From positions 282,120-346,119 of the forward strand of contig NMRA01000256.1 of assembly GCA_002633005.1 (NCBI GenBank): DNA of 64,000 nt. The letters are read 5' to 3'. Below, piece after piece: positions 1 through 11,707 of this stretch. This stretch comes from Phoronis australis (taxonomy: Eukaryota > Animalia > Phoronida). The first letter of the stretch is position 1; every line of letters begins with the position of its first letter. Below the pieces are notes generated by a model, which was not told the DNA's origin, searched no databases, and saw only the letters and a program-made list of their open reading frames with translations. Position numbers and translations under genes: made by a program.

Positions 1-600
1 CGATTATGAAAGGGATTTGTACGCTGAACTGATGAAGGTCCCTGCGAAACAACGTCTGAAGAAGGATGCCATTCCGTCTGTGTTGATTCCCGACAGTGCC
101 CCGTCGCCAACCCCGAGAAGTGTGTTTTTGAAGCGAGAAGCCTCGCGAGCTGTAGCCAGTACAGTGACTGGAACCAGTGGAGGCACGTCATCTACTGTCA
201 CCCGTGCCTCCGAACGTACCCCAGAGCGTGCAATTCCTGGAACCAGTAGTGATTCGCCCTGTGCTGTTTTCTCCAGCCCAGAGCCTCTGAGCAGCCCTGC
301 AGCGATACTGAGTAGTGGGAGTCACGGATTACAGGCTCAGTTCGACACCCAGTGAAGAGGACAGTTCGTCGTCCAGTGAACAGATCGGTGAGCCAAACTT
401 TGATAAGTTTATTGTGGACTTGTCTAAAGTGTTGGAACTATTTAGAAGGTGCCAAGTGTGTGGCGAGGGAGTCACACGACACGATGTAAGCAGTTTGGGT
501 GCTCAGGTTACCATCCAGTAGGAGTGTGTCGCGGGACACTCTGGCAAGTGGGACAGTTGTTCCTCTGTCCGTGGTATGCCGGAGGTCCACTTAACCATGT
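1..600 (+). pseudogene. THAP-domain transposase fragment (frameshift ~315-355, stop 519-521, truncated ~600)
   Basis: ORFs 17..355 and 315..521 continue past the stop as ECVAGHSGKWDS. No catalytic DDE region is present. Confidence 0.65.
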
Positions 601-916
601 CCAGTAGTGGCTTGGGCTCGTCGAACTCTGAACAGCACAAGCATTCCATTGAGGTAGGCATAACAACGCACACAGTGAATTTGCACCAAGATGTGTCACC
701 ACGTCTGTCCTCAGTAGCCGCCTCGTTTCTCTCGACAGCTTCCTGTGCCTGTGCGTACTCTGCCTCGTTATACTCGGGCTCAAACATGTACCCACCCACT
801 GAATGTCCGTGAAAAAATTCCTCGTCACCACTGCTGTGAACAAGGTCTCCGTCACTCACACTACTGTCACTGTGATACGGGTCACCGACTCCAGCCATTT
901 TCAGCTTACAACACAC
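503..916 (-). pseudogene. KolX / P2X7 C-terminal ballast-like Cys-rich protein, N-terminal fragment
   Basis: GGYMFEPEY...RRGDTSWCKFTVCVVMPTSMECLCCSEF matches the recalled N-terminal Cys cluster of P2X7-ballast-like proteins. Similarity ends near 600, where it meets the transposase fragment. Confidence 0.65.
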
Positions 917-2639
917 TAAACAATCCCTAAATCCAACGTAGTTGAGTTCTCTACTAACCTATCTTGCCGCAGAATACTCGCCGATGGAAAGTGGTGGCGA
1001 CAATTGTTGAAAAACAGCACAAAACAAAAGTAGAATAGAACAGATTCGCACGGTAAAGTCAACGCAAAACCAAGTGGCGGGAAACGCTTGCCTCCTAAAA
1101 CGTCACTTCCGAAGTAGCGGACGAGTAATTTATAAAATTACGAAAAGCTGTAATTAAGTGGAAAATATGTCTAGGATAACCAACCAACCTTATTTTAGCT
1201 CAAAATGAAATGGAAAAAGGTTGCCTTCGCCTTTAAGTCACCCAACGGGAAAACGCTGTCATGCAGTGAAAATGGAAGGCAGCAGCAGACCAGTGGGCAT
1301 GTGTGATAACTCGGATTTCTAGTCTCTTATTATGAAAACTATTGAAGGCAATTATCAGCACTTGCAAACAAGAATTTTGAAGTATGAAGAATTTCAACAG
1401 GAAGTAGCTGTAGTCTTAGTCGTGAAGCTGCCGACATTCCAGCCACGGCTATTGGTCTGTTGAAGCAAGTGCATGTACACGAATTTTGAAGAATGGCAAA
1501 GAAACGTTTTGTGTTAACGGAACTGTCCTTGGGAGGAAATGAGGCATTTGATAATGAACAACTATTGTGGATTAATTTGGGATAACACCTAGCAAAACTA
1601 ACTTCCAAGTATGCAATACTGTGGCGGAATTAAGAAATTTAATTATGACAGTGCTAACTGTAGCTGTGTGCGATTTTTGCCGAAATATCTATTAACGTTA
1701 GACTTACAGCAGGCCCGGGATATATTTGAGAGCCACAAAGTGTGCTAAAATGGTAGAAAATTAGGCGTAACATTTCTATAGGAATTGATTACCGCAGAAG
1801 GCCGATGTCTTAAATGCCCAGAAAAAATTAGGAAGGCAAGGTGACTTGCCAAGAAAACGGCAGTCGGGGCACTCTAAAGGAAAGTACTTCAACCAATTCC
1901 AATTATCCGGTGCAACTTTTCTCACTCGACGGTGTTGTTTCACGACACCGCAACCTCCCAAAAAAAAACGAAACGCGGAGGGTGAGATATTACAGAGTAC
2001 AACTAGCAATGATTTGACAGTTGAGCTTGAGAAAACCCAGTGTTGAGCTATCCTTTATTAAAGACGTTGAGAATCTGACTGAAGTCATAGATGAATGCGA
2101 CGGGAAGGATATCGAGGAGTACACGGAGAGAAAGGAAGCTTTAAAGATTGCTTTCTTTGAAGACCAGGAGCGAAACCATGAGTAATAAATTAATGAAAAA
2201 TGCATGGTATAGACACAATTAGAAGCTTTCAAACTATTGCGTTTGTGTGCTGTCCATATTAATACTTATTCTTGGATACAGGTTCCCACCTCAAAATGAA
2301 TTTCCCACGGTCATTCTTTATGCCAATAGCAATTTTTTCGTCAACTGGATTAGAACAGGAATCATAGAACTCTCGCGCGCTCAGTCTATGGTTCTGACAC
2401 TTCAAACTTTTGTCAACACGATAGCTACCCTCAGAAAGTTCGATGTTGACCTAGTTCTAAACTTCTCTGCAACCCACTGTAAGGGGATGAAAACAATTCA
2501 AAGTCCGCCCCTTGAAATAGGGCTTGCTTAGCTGGAATTTAGAACTGCAGTCATGGGAGTGTTTTCACCTCCTGATTGCGAAGCGATCGAGTTAGCTGTG
2601 GTATCTTCATCAGCGCGTGATCTCAGCGGGAGGTCACCG

Positions 2640-2722
2640 CTTTATATACTCAAGCGCTCGACAACAACTAAACTTACAAGAGTCTCAGAACTCCCACATG
2701 CAAATTTGATATGCAAATGAGG
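2640..2722 (-). promoter_or_regulatory. Two octamer motifs (ATTTGCAT) upstream of TATATAAA in a CpG-rich patch
   Basis: The minus strand reads ctcATTTGCATatcaaATTTGCATgtgggag...gagTATATAAAgcgg. Confidence 0.4.
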
Positions 2723-5700
2723 GAGTACTTGACTACTGCGCCATCTATACATCGACGGAAAAGCTTAAATACCCGTGACTGCGTGTGGGAAATCGCGATT
2801 GCGTGCGCTGAAGTCGATATTTTCAAAGTACAATTACACCACTGTTTAAGGTTGCAAAGTGAGTTTTTTGATATCCTTCTATAGAAAAAGCTTTAATCTC
2901 TCTGATGAAATCATCTGTTTCCTTTTAAACGAAACTTAAGTCCTAAAATTAGTCCGGGGAAGGAGGCCAAAAACGGCGGTTTAGCTAGTTGTCCCTTCCT
3001 GGTTATCTCTTCCTGATTCTATTTAATTGATTCAACCCAATTTAAAATAAAAATCAAACTTGTTTGATAATTCATCTTAGTACGAAAATTCAATTCAACT
3101 CAATAAAATCCTGTTTACAAGATTCTTTGTTTTTTTAAGTCAGATGCAGTTTTAAATTGGTTAAATACCAGATAACTGTCTATCTGGACACAAAAGCACA
3201 ATCAGGTTTCAGCTCAAGTAGTTTAGGTAGGTCATTTTTCTCTAAAGTTTGTAATTGCCAGTGTCACTGTCATGGTTGATGACAGGTAGCCCATCAACTG
3301 AGTAGGAAACATTCTGGTTTGTTTATTTTCTTGGTGCCTCTTTCCAACTCAGGAACTGAGTGGAATATGCACTTTATGACCTTTTCTTAAGATTTCTCTT
3401 CAATATGAAGGCTCTCTTGAAGCCATGTGTTGAGGTTACATGGGAGTACTTGATGCATAACTTGGCACGACTTGGCAAAAATCCGAGGTTGCCAAACGAA
3501 ATCTGAGGCTGGCAAAAGTGACGTCAAAATTGTCAGCTAAAAAAAGGCTGTGGTGTACTCTTCAGTTTCTCACCGTAAAAAATATGCACCAGCCAATCTA
3601 TCTCAATTGCTCCTGCCAATGAAAAACGCAGATGATTGCATACACTGGAGGGTGGAGGTGCTTGTTTCATGGTCCGAACTTGCCCGATTTTTGCCAAACA
3701 ATTCTGACCTACGGGCAGAAGCTGCCATCTTCAATTTAAAAAATGTTCAAGGTTTGCACGAAGTGCAACCAAGTTAATTTTGCTCTCCTAACCACATATA
3801 ATAAATTTTCGAAAGAAGACTTTACAGTATACAACTAAACTTAAATGGGCAGATTTTGCTCCAAGGATTGGTAACAATTCTGAACCTTTGATTTCTTCTG
3901 ACAGTCAAAATGGATACATTTGACTGGAATGGCAGTAGGACTAGTGCATTATTAGATAAGGGGGGGGGGTTCACTTATTAACTGTCAGATACACTTGGTA
4001 ACTAAAATATTTGTAGTCCATTTGAAAATCTATTGTTTCCCAGGGCTGCTCTTACCAATTAGAAGATCATAGACTGAACAGAGGTTAAGTTTTATTAAGG
4101 TTATCTCATGCTTTATTTAGTTACCTTCATTCCAACTCGTATGTAAAAACTAGGAAATGTCAACCAGTAAACATATATTTTCTGAAAGAAAAACAACCAG
4201 AGATTATAAAAATATGTTTTATTGATAACCTGTTTTGTTTTTACCTATTTTTAGCAATATGGCACAAGCAACAGGTGATCTTTGGCTTTGACTTGATTTG
4301 ATTTTTTGTCAATACTAATTTCTGGGAATTCTTGGTTTTGAGTCTTTGAACTTTGTGGTGCTGAACTGTACTTGTTATGTTGAAGTTGGTTTGTTGATAC
4401 TACAATACTAGCTGTTTGAGATTCTTAACAGTTATCACCATTAGCATTGTGACGGTGAACAGGGTCACACACTCATCCCCTCGCTTAGATCAGGTAAGGA
4501 AAATGTTTGCAAAATTAAGTTGTCTACATTTTTATACCTGTGGTACCTTCCGAGCATTGTTCATTAATTTATAAACTAGTTACTATGGTAAAATCTCACC
4601 ACTTTCAGACAAAAATAATTGCCAAAATCTACATTTTTTTGTTTTTCAAGGGCTTCGAACACTAGTGTGAATGACCACAAGTTTTTAAAATATTGCCTGT
4701 TGGATTGTCTAGCTATGGTACACAACTTGAGTATGGAAAAGCTCAATCCCTAAATTCTTTTAGAACACCTAGTAACTGCCTTTTTATTCAATAAATTATC
4801 TAGTGCTGAGAATAATATGCATGTCTATTATTGATTTCTACCTAGTATTCCCTTATGTGTTATTAACCCCTTATCCTGTTTAAGTCTCTCATCGAATCTT
4901 CATTAGTGCATTCATTTATTTCTTATTTATTTATGTATATATTTATTTTAATTTTTATGTCTTTATGTATATATTTATTTACCTATTTAGTAACTGATTT
5001 ACTTATTTACTGCTGATTGCCCTGTGTCTTTCATCGGTTTTCATTTTGTTATCTTTTTTATGGATGATTATGGAAATGAGTCTTTGAGTTTTTATGTTAT
5101 CGGTGTCTTGCACTTGTACTTTTATTTGCCTTGTGTTTTTATGTTTTTTTATTTCTGTGTACTTATGTGATTCTATTAAATTTATTATTATTAGTACTAA
5201 TTTGTTTTTGTTTTTTTCGTTTATTGGTCTGTTCTTGTGTGATTCTAATAAATTTATTTTTGTTATTATTATCATGTTTATGAAAAGAAGAGAAAACCAA
5301 AATTTCTCTTGTTTGCCATATTGTATTCTTCATTAATGAGACTGTATTGTACTGTATTGTATTGTATTATACTGTATTGTACTGTATTGTTGTGTATCTT
5401 GATGAAGAGAGTGTGTGTGAAAGTGTGTGTGAAAGAAAGTGATGCCACATACTGTTCCCACCCCTAGAGTCGTCTACTGTTCCATAATAAAATGTTATTA
5501 TTTGTATTATGCATTGTTCCTGTTATGTATACTTCAAAAGATTCACATGACTTGCCAAAGTCTTTAATATTGTTTATTAATTCTGTTGAATTTGAAAATT
5601 ATAGTACTATTTTTATTGGTATTTTCTCCTTAAGTTCAAAGTCCATGTGCTGTTTTTGCTTTGAAGAAGCATAGTTTTGGTTTATATTTTTCAGGCAGCT

Positions 5701-6270
5701 AACTAGAAATTTTAAACAAGAAGATTCTACTGTTTGAAGTATTTAAGCATGCTGTGGGTTGTCGAATGTTGCTCCATTTTAATGAATTTATTTAAATTTA
5801 TGAAAAAGCGCTGATGAGTAAATAGCAATTCTGATTAAAAAAACATTTCTCTTCATTTGCGGAGGAAGAATATGGCTAATAAGATTGAACCAATTTTTGA
5901 AATGCAGATTCAGCGTTAACACTTTCTGTGCAGAGTCGGACATGTGTCAAAACATTATATCTTGCTGCATTCAGTTTTTGATTTTTTATCTGCATTGCGT
6001 GTTGTTGTGTAACACAGTAAAATATCATGTGTATTACAATGACAAATGGCATTACAAATGGTGTAAAGTAGCTATGAGCAGAAAAGCAGTTTGCATATCT
6101 GTGGGACAAGTGCCTTGTGGATGCACTGCATTGTGGGTAAATACTTCAGAATCAGAGGACACTGTGGTATTGTGGGACGTGGCTATTATTGTGCATGTAA
6201 TGTGCATACTGAGTACGACTAAATCTGAGATATTGAATTGCCTTTTGTGCTTTTAGGTAAGAAAGTTGCC

Positions 6271-6346
6271 ATGTGTGACCTGTTTATGACTGTTGATGTG
6301 CAGAACTTATTGACCAATAAGTTTATAGTCATCATTGGTGACTCCA
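6271..6346 (+). CDS. PCED1A: PCED1-like coding exon 1 ([25 protein letters not shown])
   Basis: Acceptor before 6257, gccATG at 6271, donor gtaagt at 6347; GDS motif. Confidence 0.88.
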
Positions 6347-9300
6347 GTAAGTATGAACAGCACTCGACGTTACTGAAAATCACCAGGCCGTAATTTTGGG
6401 ACCTACCCAAAATCTCAGGTCGCATTTTTGATATCCAGCTCGCATTCATAAGTAGCAATATCCAGCTCGCATTCATAAAGTGCAAAAATTTCCTGCCATT
6501 TTAACACGCCAAAACTGGTTTTTAGATCAATGAGAAATTGTTTAGATTATGCTTTTAGCTGCAATGTTATATACTCCCAAATTTCAAGGCGCAAAATTGA
6601 ATTCGCTGGGTGTCTCAAGTTCCTTGTAAAACACCCGGGCGCTCAACAGAGCCAGACAGGTACACTAGTTTATGTTGGACTGTCGCTTTTCTCTTTTGAT
6701 GTGCAGCTTTGGAGTGGTGCACTCATGTAAGTTCCCACACTTGAGAATCACTGGAGTGCACGTTGCCAGTGGTTGACAGATGACTCGTACATAGGCTATG
6801 TGAGCGCTCAGCCTCAGAAGCAAGGGCTTGAGAATTTCTTTGCGACTCAAAACTACTCTGCTGAAAGACGGAGTTAAATTAAGTTGTGGCCATGGTTTGA
6901 CTATTGATAAGGTTGTCATTTTCATGTTTCCCATCTTTTGCGAGAAAAAATAAACGGGATGCACAGTGAACCGGGCTGTTTTTTGATGACATTGCCAAGT
7001 TATGATTGTCTGCTGGGACCTTGCGCACAAGCAAACGGCGTGATCGACCAGTGGCATGCAGTGATGCAGTGCGATATTGTCGGAATATTGCAGTTGGATA
7101 ATCAAGACGTCTTGCATGAAAAATAAATACGGTATGTTTTTTCTGCCACAAAGTTTGGTAAGTTGATCGTTTAAGAATTAGCAGAAACATCGCTGTATCC
7201 CGTATTATGCTGTGGTCAGAAACTTACTTTGGCGCATCCTGGCAAAAATTTTCAACAGATGTAAAAAATACTAGACAATGAAACGTGTCCAAGATTAATT
7301 CTGCATTATCCCATGTTCACGCGACATGATTACAAATCATCGAGAGGACTGTTCTCTGTTTAGCATTCCTTTAAACTTGGCAACAATGAAATAATGATCG
7401 GATTCACTGAGTTGCTGTATGTTTGGCAGGTGGCTGCCAAGAAGTGTTAAAACTCAGCTCGCATACATTGGAAATTCCAGGTCGCATGTTGGGACTTGAT
7501 ACGATCAAGCTAGCCAAAATCTAAGCTCATGCTTCCAGACATTTCTGACCTGTAGCTCATTATGTTGAGCACTGGTAAAATAGTTTACTGACAATTTTGA
7601 GCCAGTGTTGTCCTTAGTGGCCAGTTCTTATAGATTTCAATTTCGAACTCGTCTTTTGTGTGACGATTACGAAGTCCTCAGTACACGTATGGTCCTCCGG
7701 CAGACACAACCGAGTCTCTGTCAATTCTAGATGCCCAAAAAACACAATCTCTGTTTTATTCCTAGCTCTGCACACTTTGTCACAATTTGATGTTTTTTCT
7801 ACTTTTCCTTGGATCATATATGTGTTTGCTTTGATGGTGGTTTCTGTCTGTTTTAGTCCAGCGGTCTGTCTACAAAGATCTCGTACAGATTCTGCAAGGG
7901 AATGAGTACATCACCACAGAAAAATTAAAGAGAAGGGTAAGCATTGAGGAAGCAAGGAAGCAAGGGTAGATTTTGTGATTGCTTATCTGTTGGTGTTGTG
8001 TTCCCTGATTTGGATCAGGTTTTAAATAGTTGTTGAGGGTTGAGGAGGGGTGGTCTGTGCATAGTTGGTTGTGGAGGGGTGTGAGTGGTTGAACTTCTGT
8101 CTGTGTTTCAGGGCTTGGAATTTTCCTCTTTTAAGAGGATTTCCTCTTGTTTGGTTACGATATCCACTTTTTTCGTTTCCGGTTTCCTCTTTTTTCATCT
8201 CTTTATCATTATTTTGACTTTATTCATGCAAAAATGTTTATTTCAGTTAAATTCAGCTCAAAAAATATTTCAATCACAAAGGCCTATTTATTTGTGAAAC
8301 GATACATCACTTGGAAAATTTTTCCTCTTTTTTGTAAGTGGTCATTCCAAGCCCTGGGGCCGGTCTCCAATCTTTTTACTCGAAATGGAACTTGAAATTA
8401 GGTTTGGCATTTTCTACTCTACTTTTGGGCAAACTCAAGATAATTGTCTATTATTCTATGCTCGAGTACACAATAACTTACGTAGATGATTTATTGCCCT
8501 TAGTTCACAGTTTGTAAACCCAGTATTAAAGCAATAAGTTCGAGTTTGAACTCAAAATTTCAAGTTTTTACTCGAGATTGTAGCACGAATATAAGGGTCT
8601 TCAAGGGCAAACTTGAACTAGAAACTCCTATGCATAAACTATAATGTATTCGAGCACAGTCTGATAACCAATTATCTGAAGTTGGCACAAAAGGAGCAGA
8701 GAAATTGCCAAAAATAGTTTCGAGTTCGTTTCGAGTACAAAGATTGGAGACCGGGCCCTGGTGTTTATTAGGACAACTCTGGTCTGTATGTTCCATATAC
8801 ATGGAGACAGTTGGACACCATGTCTGCCTAAAGGGCCCGATCTTACTGTGAATAGACCACGAACAGGCTTCCCAAATAAGCAGTTTGGGAAAGTGGAACA
8901 GAATCCCCATACCATAAACTCTGGCTTATAAACGCACACAAGGTCTAACTAAGCATTAGGTCTTGCAAGCCTCGGGCATTTTGCCATTGTACAGTAACCA
9001 GAGTTATCACAAAAAAGTCGAAAATTCATGTTCTTGGTTCCCGATTTGCACAAGGTCTGTCTCTAGTTAGTGACGTAAATTTGGTTCTCGTGTGGCAAAG
9101 AATGAGAAGCTGCTTGCTGCCTCTTGGTATTGTCTTGCTGGAATGAAAAATAACTTGTATTCACTGACGCATTGCTGCTTTCAGGGCGAGAAGACCTGTA
9201 ATGGGGACCGTCTGATTGAGGGCGGGGTTTTAGGAGAGATGACCAATAAGAAGAGTTATAGGGAAGTCCGTGAATATCAAACAGATTACCACCTGGTGAG

Positions 9301-11707
9301 ATCACTTGCAGAGCTTGGAATTTTCCACTTTTAACGAGATTTCCTCTTTTTTAGTTTCAATTTCCTCTTATTTGATTTCCAGTTTCCTCTTTTTCATCTT
9401 TTTATCATTTTTTTTATTTTTACTTTATTCATGCACAAAATATTTCACTCACACAAGCCTATTTATTTGTAGAACGACACAACGCCTGGAAAATTTTGCT
9501 CTTTTTTGTAATGAGTCATTCCAAGCCCTGCTTTTGGTAAAAGTGAACTAAATACTATAAAAATGTACTTTATAAGGATCAAAACACCTCTATGTTTAAT
9601 TTTTCTTGGTTCCAGTATTTGCATGGATTTAAATTGTCTGAATGGATTTTTTAATAGTTAGAGCTTAGTTGGAGAGTTTCTTTGTGTTGGCATTGTCTCT
9701 GTGGAAGTCATTAAAGAAGAATATCTGAATGGAATTGCATACCGGGTTACTGTAGGTCCAAAAAGGCTCCCTATGGAGTGGGTCTTTTGAAAAATGAAAG
9801 GTCGGCGATGTTTCTGTTAACAAGTGATACTTTAATTGACCTTTTGAAGTTAAAAAAGTTGAGAGCATTTCCCAAATGCACCAGTCATGCAAAACGATCA
9901 AGAAAGAGTGCTCACAGAACCTTTGTAATAGTATCCATGAGAGTTTTTCTTGGAACTCTTTTGAAAGCCACAGATTATGCCCTGTCTACCTCAACACACT
10001 ATGCCCTGTCTACCCCAACGCACTATGCCCTGTCTACCCCAACACACTATGCCCTGTCTACCCCAACACACTATGCCCTGTCTACCTCAACACACTATGT
10101 CCTGTCTATCCCAACACACTTTCCGTTTCTGTTCAGGTGAGGTTTNACTATGCCCCAACACACTATGTCCTGTCTATCCCAACACACTATGCCCTGTCTA
10201 CCTCAACACACTATGTCCTGTCTATCCCAACACACTTTCCGTTTCTGTTCAGGTGAGGTTTTACTTTGTCACTCGCTGCTACAACAACTACATGGAGGGT
10301 ATACTGGATGACTTGTCACAGGACCCCAAGCCTGACTTACTGGTCATGAACTCTTGTCTGTGGGACATCACAAGGTAAGTGCGGCACACTGGGTTTGTTC
10401 AATAAATGTTCTTGATAACTTGTCACAGGACCCCATGCCTGACTTACTGGTCATGAACTCTTGTCTGTAGGACATCACAAGGTTAAGTGCGCACACTGGG
10501 TGCATGTGTTCAAAGTTAACACCAGTGTTGGGAATTAGGCAATAGTAACGCCAGCGTAGTGAAAGATCTCGCTAGTAAATGTGTGGCCCATTTATGCCTT
10601 TAAGAGAATGTTATGTGCGTACTGTCATGCATAGGAGTCATCATGTTGACCACAAAAGTATAAAACATAATAATTAGGTGAGACTTGTGTTGCATCTGAT
10701 CTGACACGACATATTTCAGGTGCCCCATTTTTTGTTAGCGTTTGGTGTGCTTAGGTCTCAGAAACTTCGCAGATTAGTGAAAGTCTGTTGCATGGAATAT
10801 GTCTGCCAATTTAAAATCAATTCTTGCTTCTTGTCCTATATTGAGTAATTTACTGTTAATCCAAGAAATGTGTCTTTGTTGTAGGTATGGAGCCAGCAGT
10901 GTACAAGACTATAAGACTAATCTGATCAAGCTGTGTTCACGACTCAGGCAAGTTGTGCCTGATGATTGTTTGGTCATGTGGAATACAGCCCTACCGGTCT
11001 CTAGTAAGATCAAGGGTGGCTTTCTCATCCCAGAGGTGGAATTCATGAGCGATACACTGCGCCTTGACATCATGGAGGCGAATTTCTACGCCAGGCAAGT
11101 GGTGGTGGATTATAACTTTGACGTTCTTGACATGCATTTCTATTTCCGCCGCTTAATGCACCATCGCGTTGGTGATGGCGTACACTGGGATATGGTGGCA
11201 CACCGTCGTATGACCAACCTCATGTTGACGCACACTGCACAGGCGTGGGGCATTGTGTTGCCATGCCGTAACACGTCACAAGTTCAAATTCCGCAGTCGT
11301 CGATGATGAGCTCGCAACAAAGCTCCGAGCGCCGAAACAGCTGTCACGAAATTCCACCCATTAAACCATTCCACTACAAGCAATCTGCTGCAAATGCACC
11401 TCTATGGCAAGGTGCAGCATGCTCTAGCACTCAAGCCATTCCACCATCACCGGCTAATCCACCAACTACCTTTAACCAAGCTAAAAGGTATGGCGGGCCA
11501 ATTGGGCGCACTGTGTACTATGGCCAACCCAATCAGAACGCTCAGATTCAATTTAACCTGACCGTGGTACCCACCAACGAATGGCCGTTGGGTCAGAACT
11601 CCGAACAAGTGCGACCGTGCCCCCCGGTGGGCAGGTACCAGCCATATTTCAATCCAATGCAAGTGTATCAACAGATGCAGCAACAACTGCCGCAACGGTG
11701 GTGGTGA
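6271..11707 (+). CDS. PCED1A: PC-esterase domain-containing protein 1-like (SGNH hydrolase fold), 5 coding exons, ~403 aa
   Basis: Exons 6271-6346, 7857-7936, 9185-9295, 10253-10374 and 10885-11707 join in frame with GT-AG. The protein has [52 protein letters not shown] and DGVHWD, plus a P/Q-rich tail, as in human PCED1A/B. Confidence 0.92.
6640..7574 (-). mobile_element. Interspersed repeat / non-autonomous element, homologous to 62078-63060
   Basis: Shares long diverged tracts with the 62-63 kb copy in opposite orientation, including ttaattcttaaRcgatcaacttaccaaactttgtgg and the terminus cagKgctcRacataaYgagctRcaggtc. Boundaries approximate. Confidence 0.7.
7857..7936 (+). CDS. PCED1A: PCED1-like coding exon 2 ([27 protein letters not shown])
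   Basis: ttttag|...|gtaagc, phase 1 to 0. Confidence 0.9.
8109..8356. mobile_element. Short MITE, TIR cagggcttggaa...ttccaagccctg (hAT-like termini), copy 1
   Basis: 12-bp terminal inverted repeat; a second diverged copy lies at 9309-9530. Confidence 0.7.
8357..8757. mobile_element. PIF/Harbinger-like MITE
   Basis: TIR gggccggtctccaatcttt..tactcgaaa / tttcgagtacaaagattggagaccgggcc with a 3-bp CTG duplication. A related fragment lies near 42297-42352. Confidence 0.75.
9185..9295 (+). CDS. PCED1A: PCED1-like coding exon 3 ([14 protein letters not shown]...[13 protein letters not shown])
   Basis: tttcag|...|gtgaga, 111 nt. Confidence 0.9.
9309..9530. mobile_element. Short MITE, copy 2 of the 8109-8356 family
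   Basis: cagagcttggaattttcc...gtcattccaagccctg. Confidence 0.7.
9976..10237 (+). repeat. 24-bp minisatellite (tatgccctgtctacctcaacacac), partly duplicated across a single N at 10146
   Basis: Tandem units are directly visible and produce the repetitive ORFs (THYALSTP). Confidence 0.9.
10253..10374 (+). CDS. PCED1A: PCED1-like coding exon 4 ([10 protein letters not shown]...[10 protein letters not shown])
   Basis: gttcag|...|gtaagt, phase 0 to 2. Confidence 0.9.
10411..10501 (+). pseudogene. Degenerate tandem copy of the 3' part of PCED1 exon 4 and its donor
   Basis: Copy of ~10304-10394 at offset 107, with TGG changed to TAG (10468-10470) and the donor gtaagt changed to gttaag. Confidence 0.8.
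10885..11707 (+). CDS. PCED1A: PCED1-like terminal coding exon (YGASSVQDY...DGVHWD...P/Q-rich tail)
   Basis: Acceptor ttgtag at 10884; lies within ORF 10799..11707. Confidence 0.92.

Larger units (their letters stand above)
1..1232 (+). mobile_element. Internally deleted Kolobok-like DNA transposon, right part (left end outside window)
   Basis: On +, a THAP C-terminal motif (RLKKDAIPSV) is followed by a broken KFIV..LELF..CQVC..C..GH..W segment. On -, a convergent ORF has GYMFEP..WC..C..M..ECLCC. The element ends ...CGCCT|TTAA at 1232, matching Kolobok-type termini with a TTAA target. Confidence 0.7.

Noticed and set aside
503-916. Host P2X7 purinoceptor gene
   Set aside because: No channel or transmembrane region; truncated and embedded in a transposon.
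2560-2615. Hammerhead ribozyme suggested by CTGATGA on the minus strand
   Set aside because: No properly placed stem II followed by GAAA.
5003-5336. Lys/Ile-rich and Phe-rich ORFs
   Set aside because: T-rich low-complexity intron sequence.
9778-10256. Repetitive ORFs ([24 protein letters not shown]) and a second acceptor at 10132
   Set aside because: These are translations of a 24-bp minisatellite; the extra acceptor copy ends at a single N, indicating a contig overlap.
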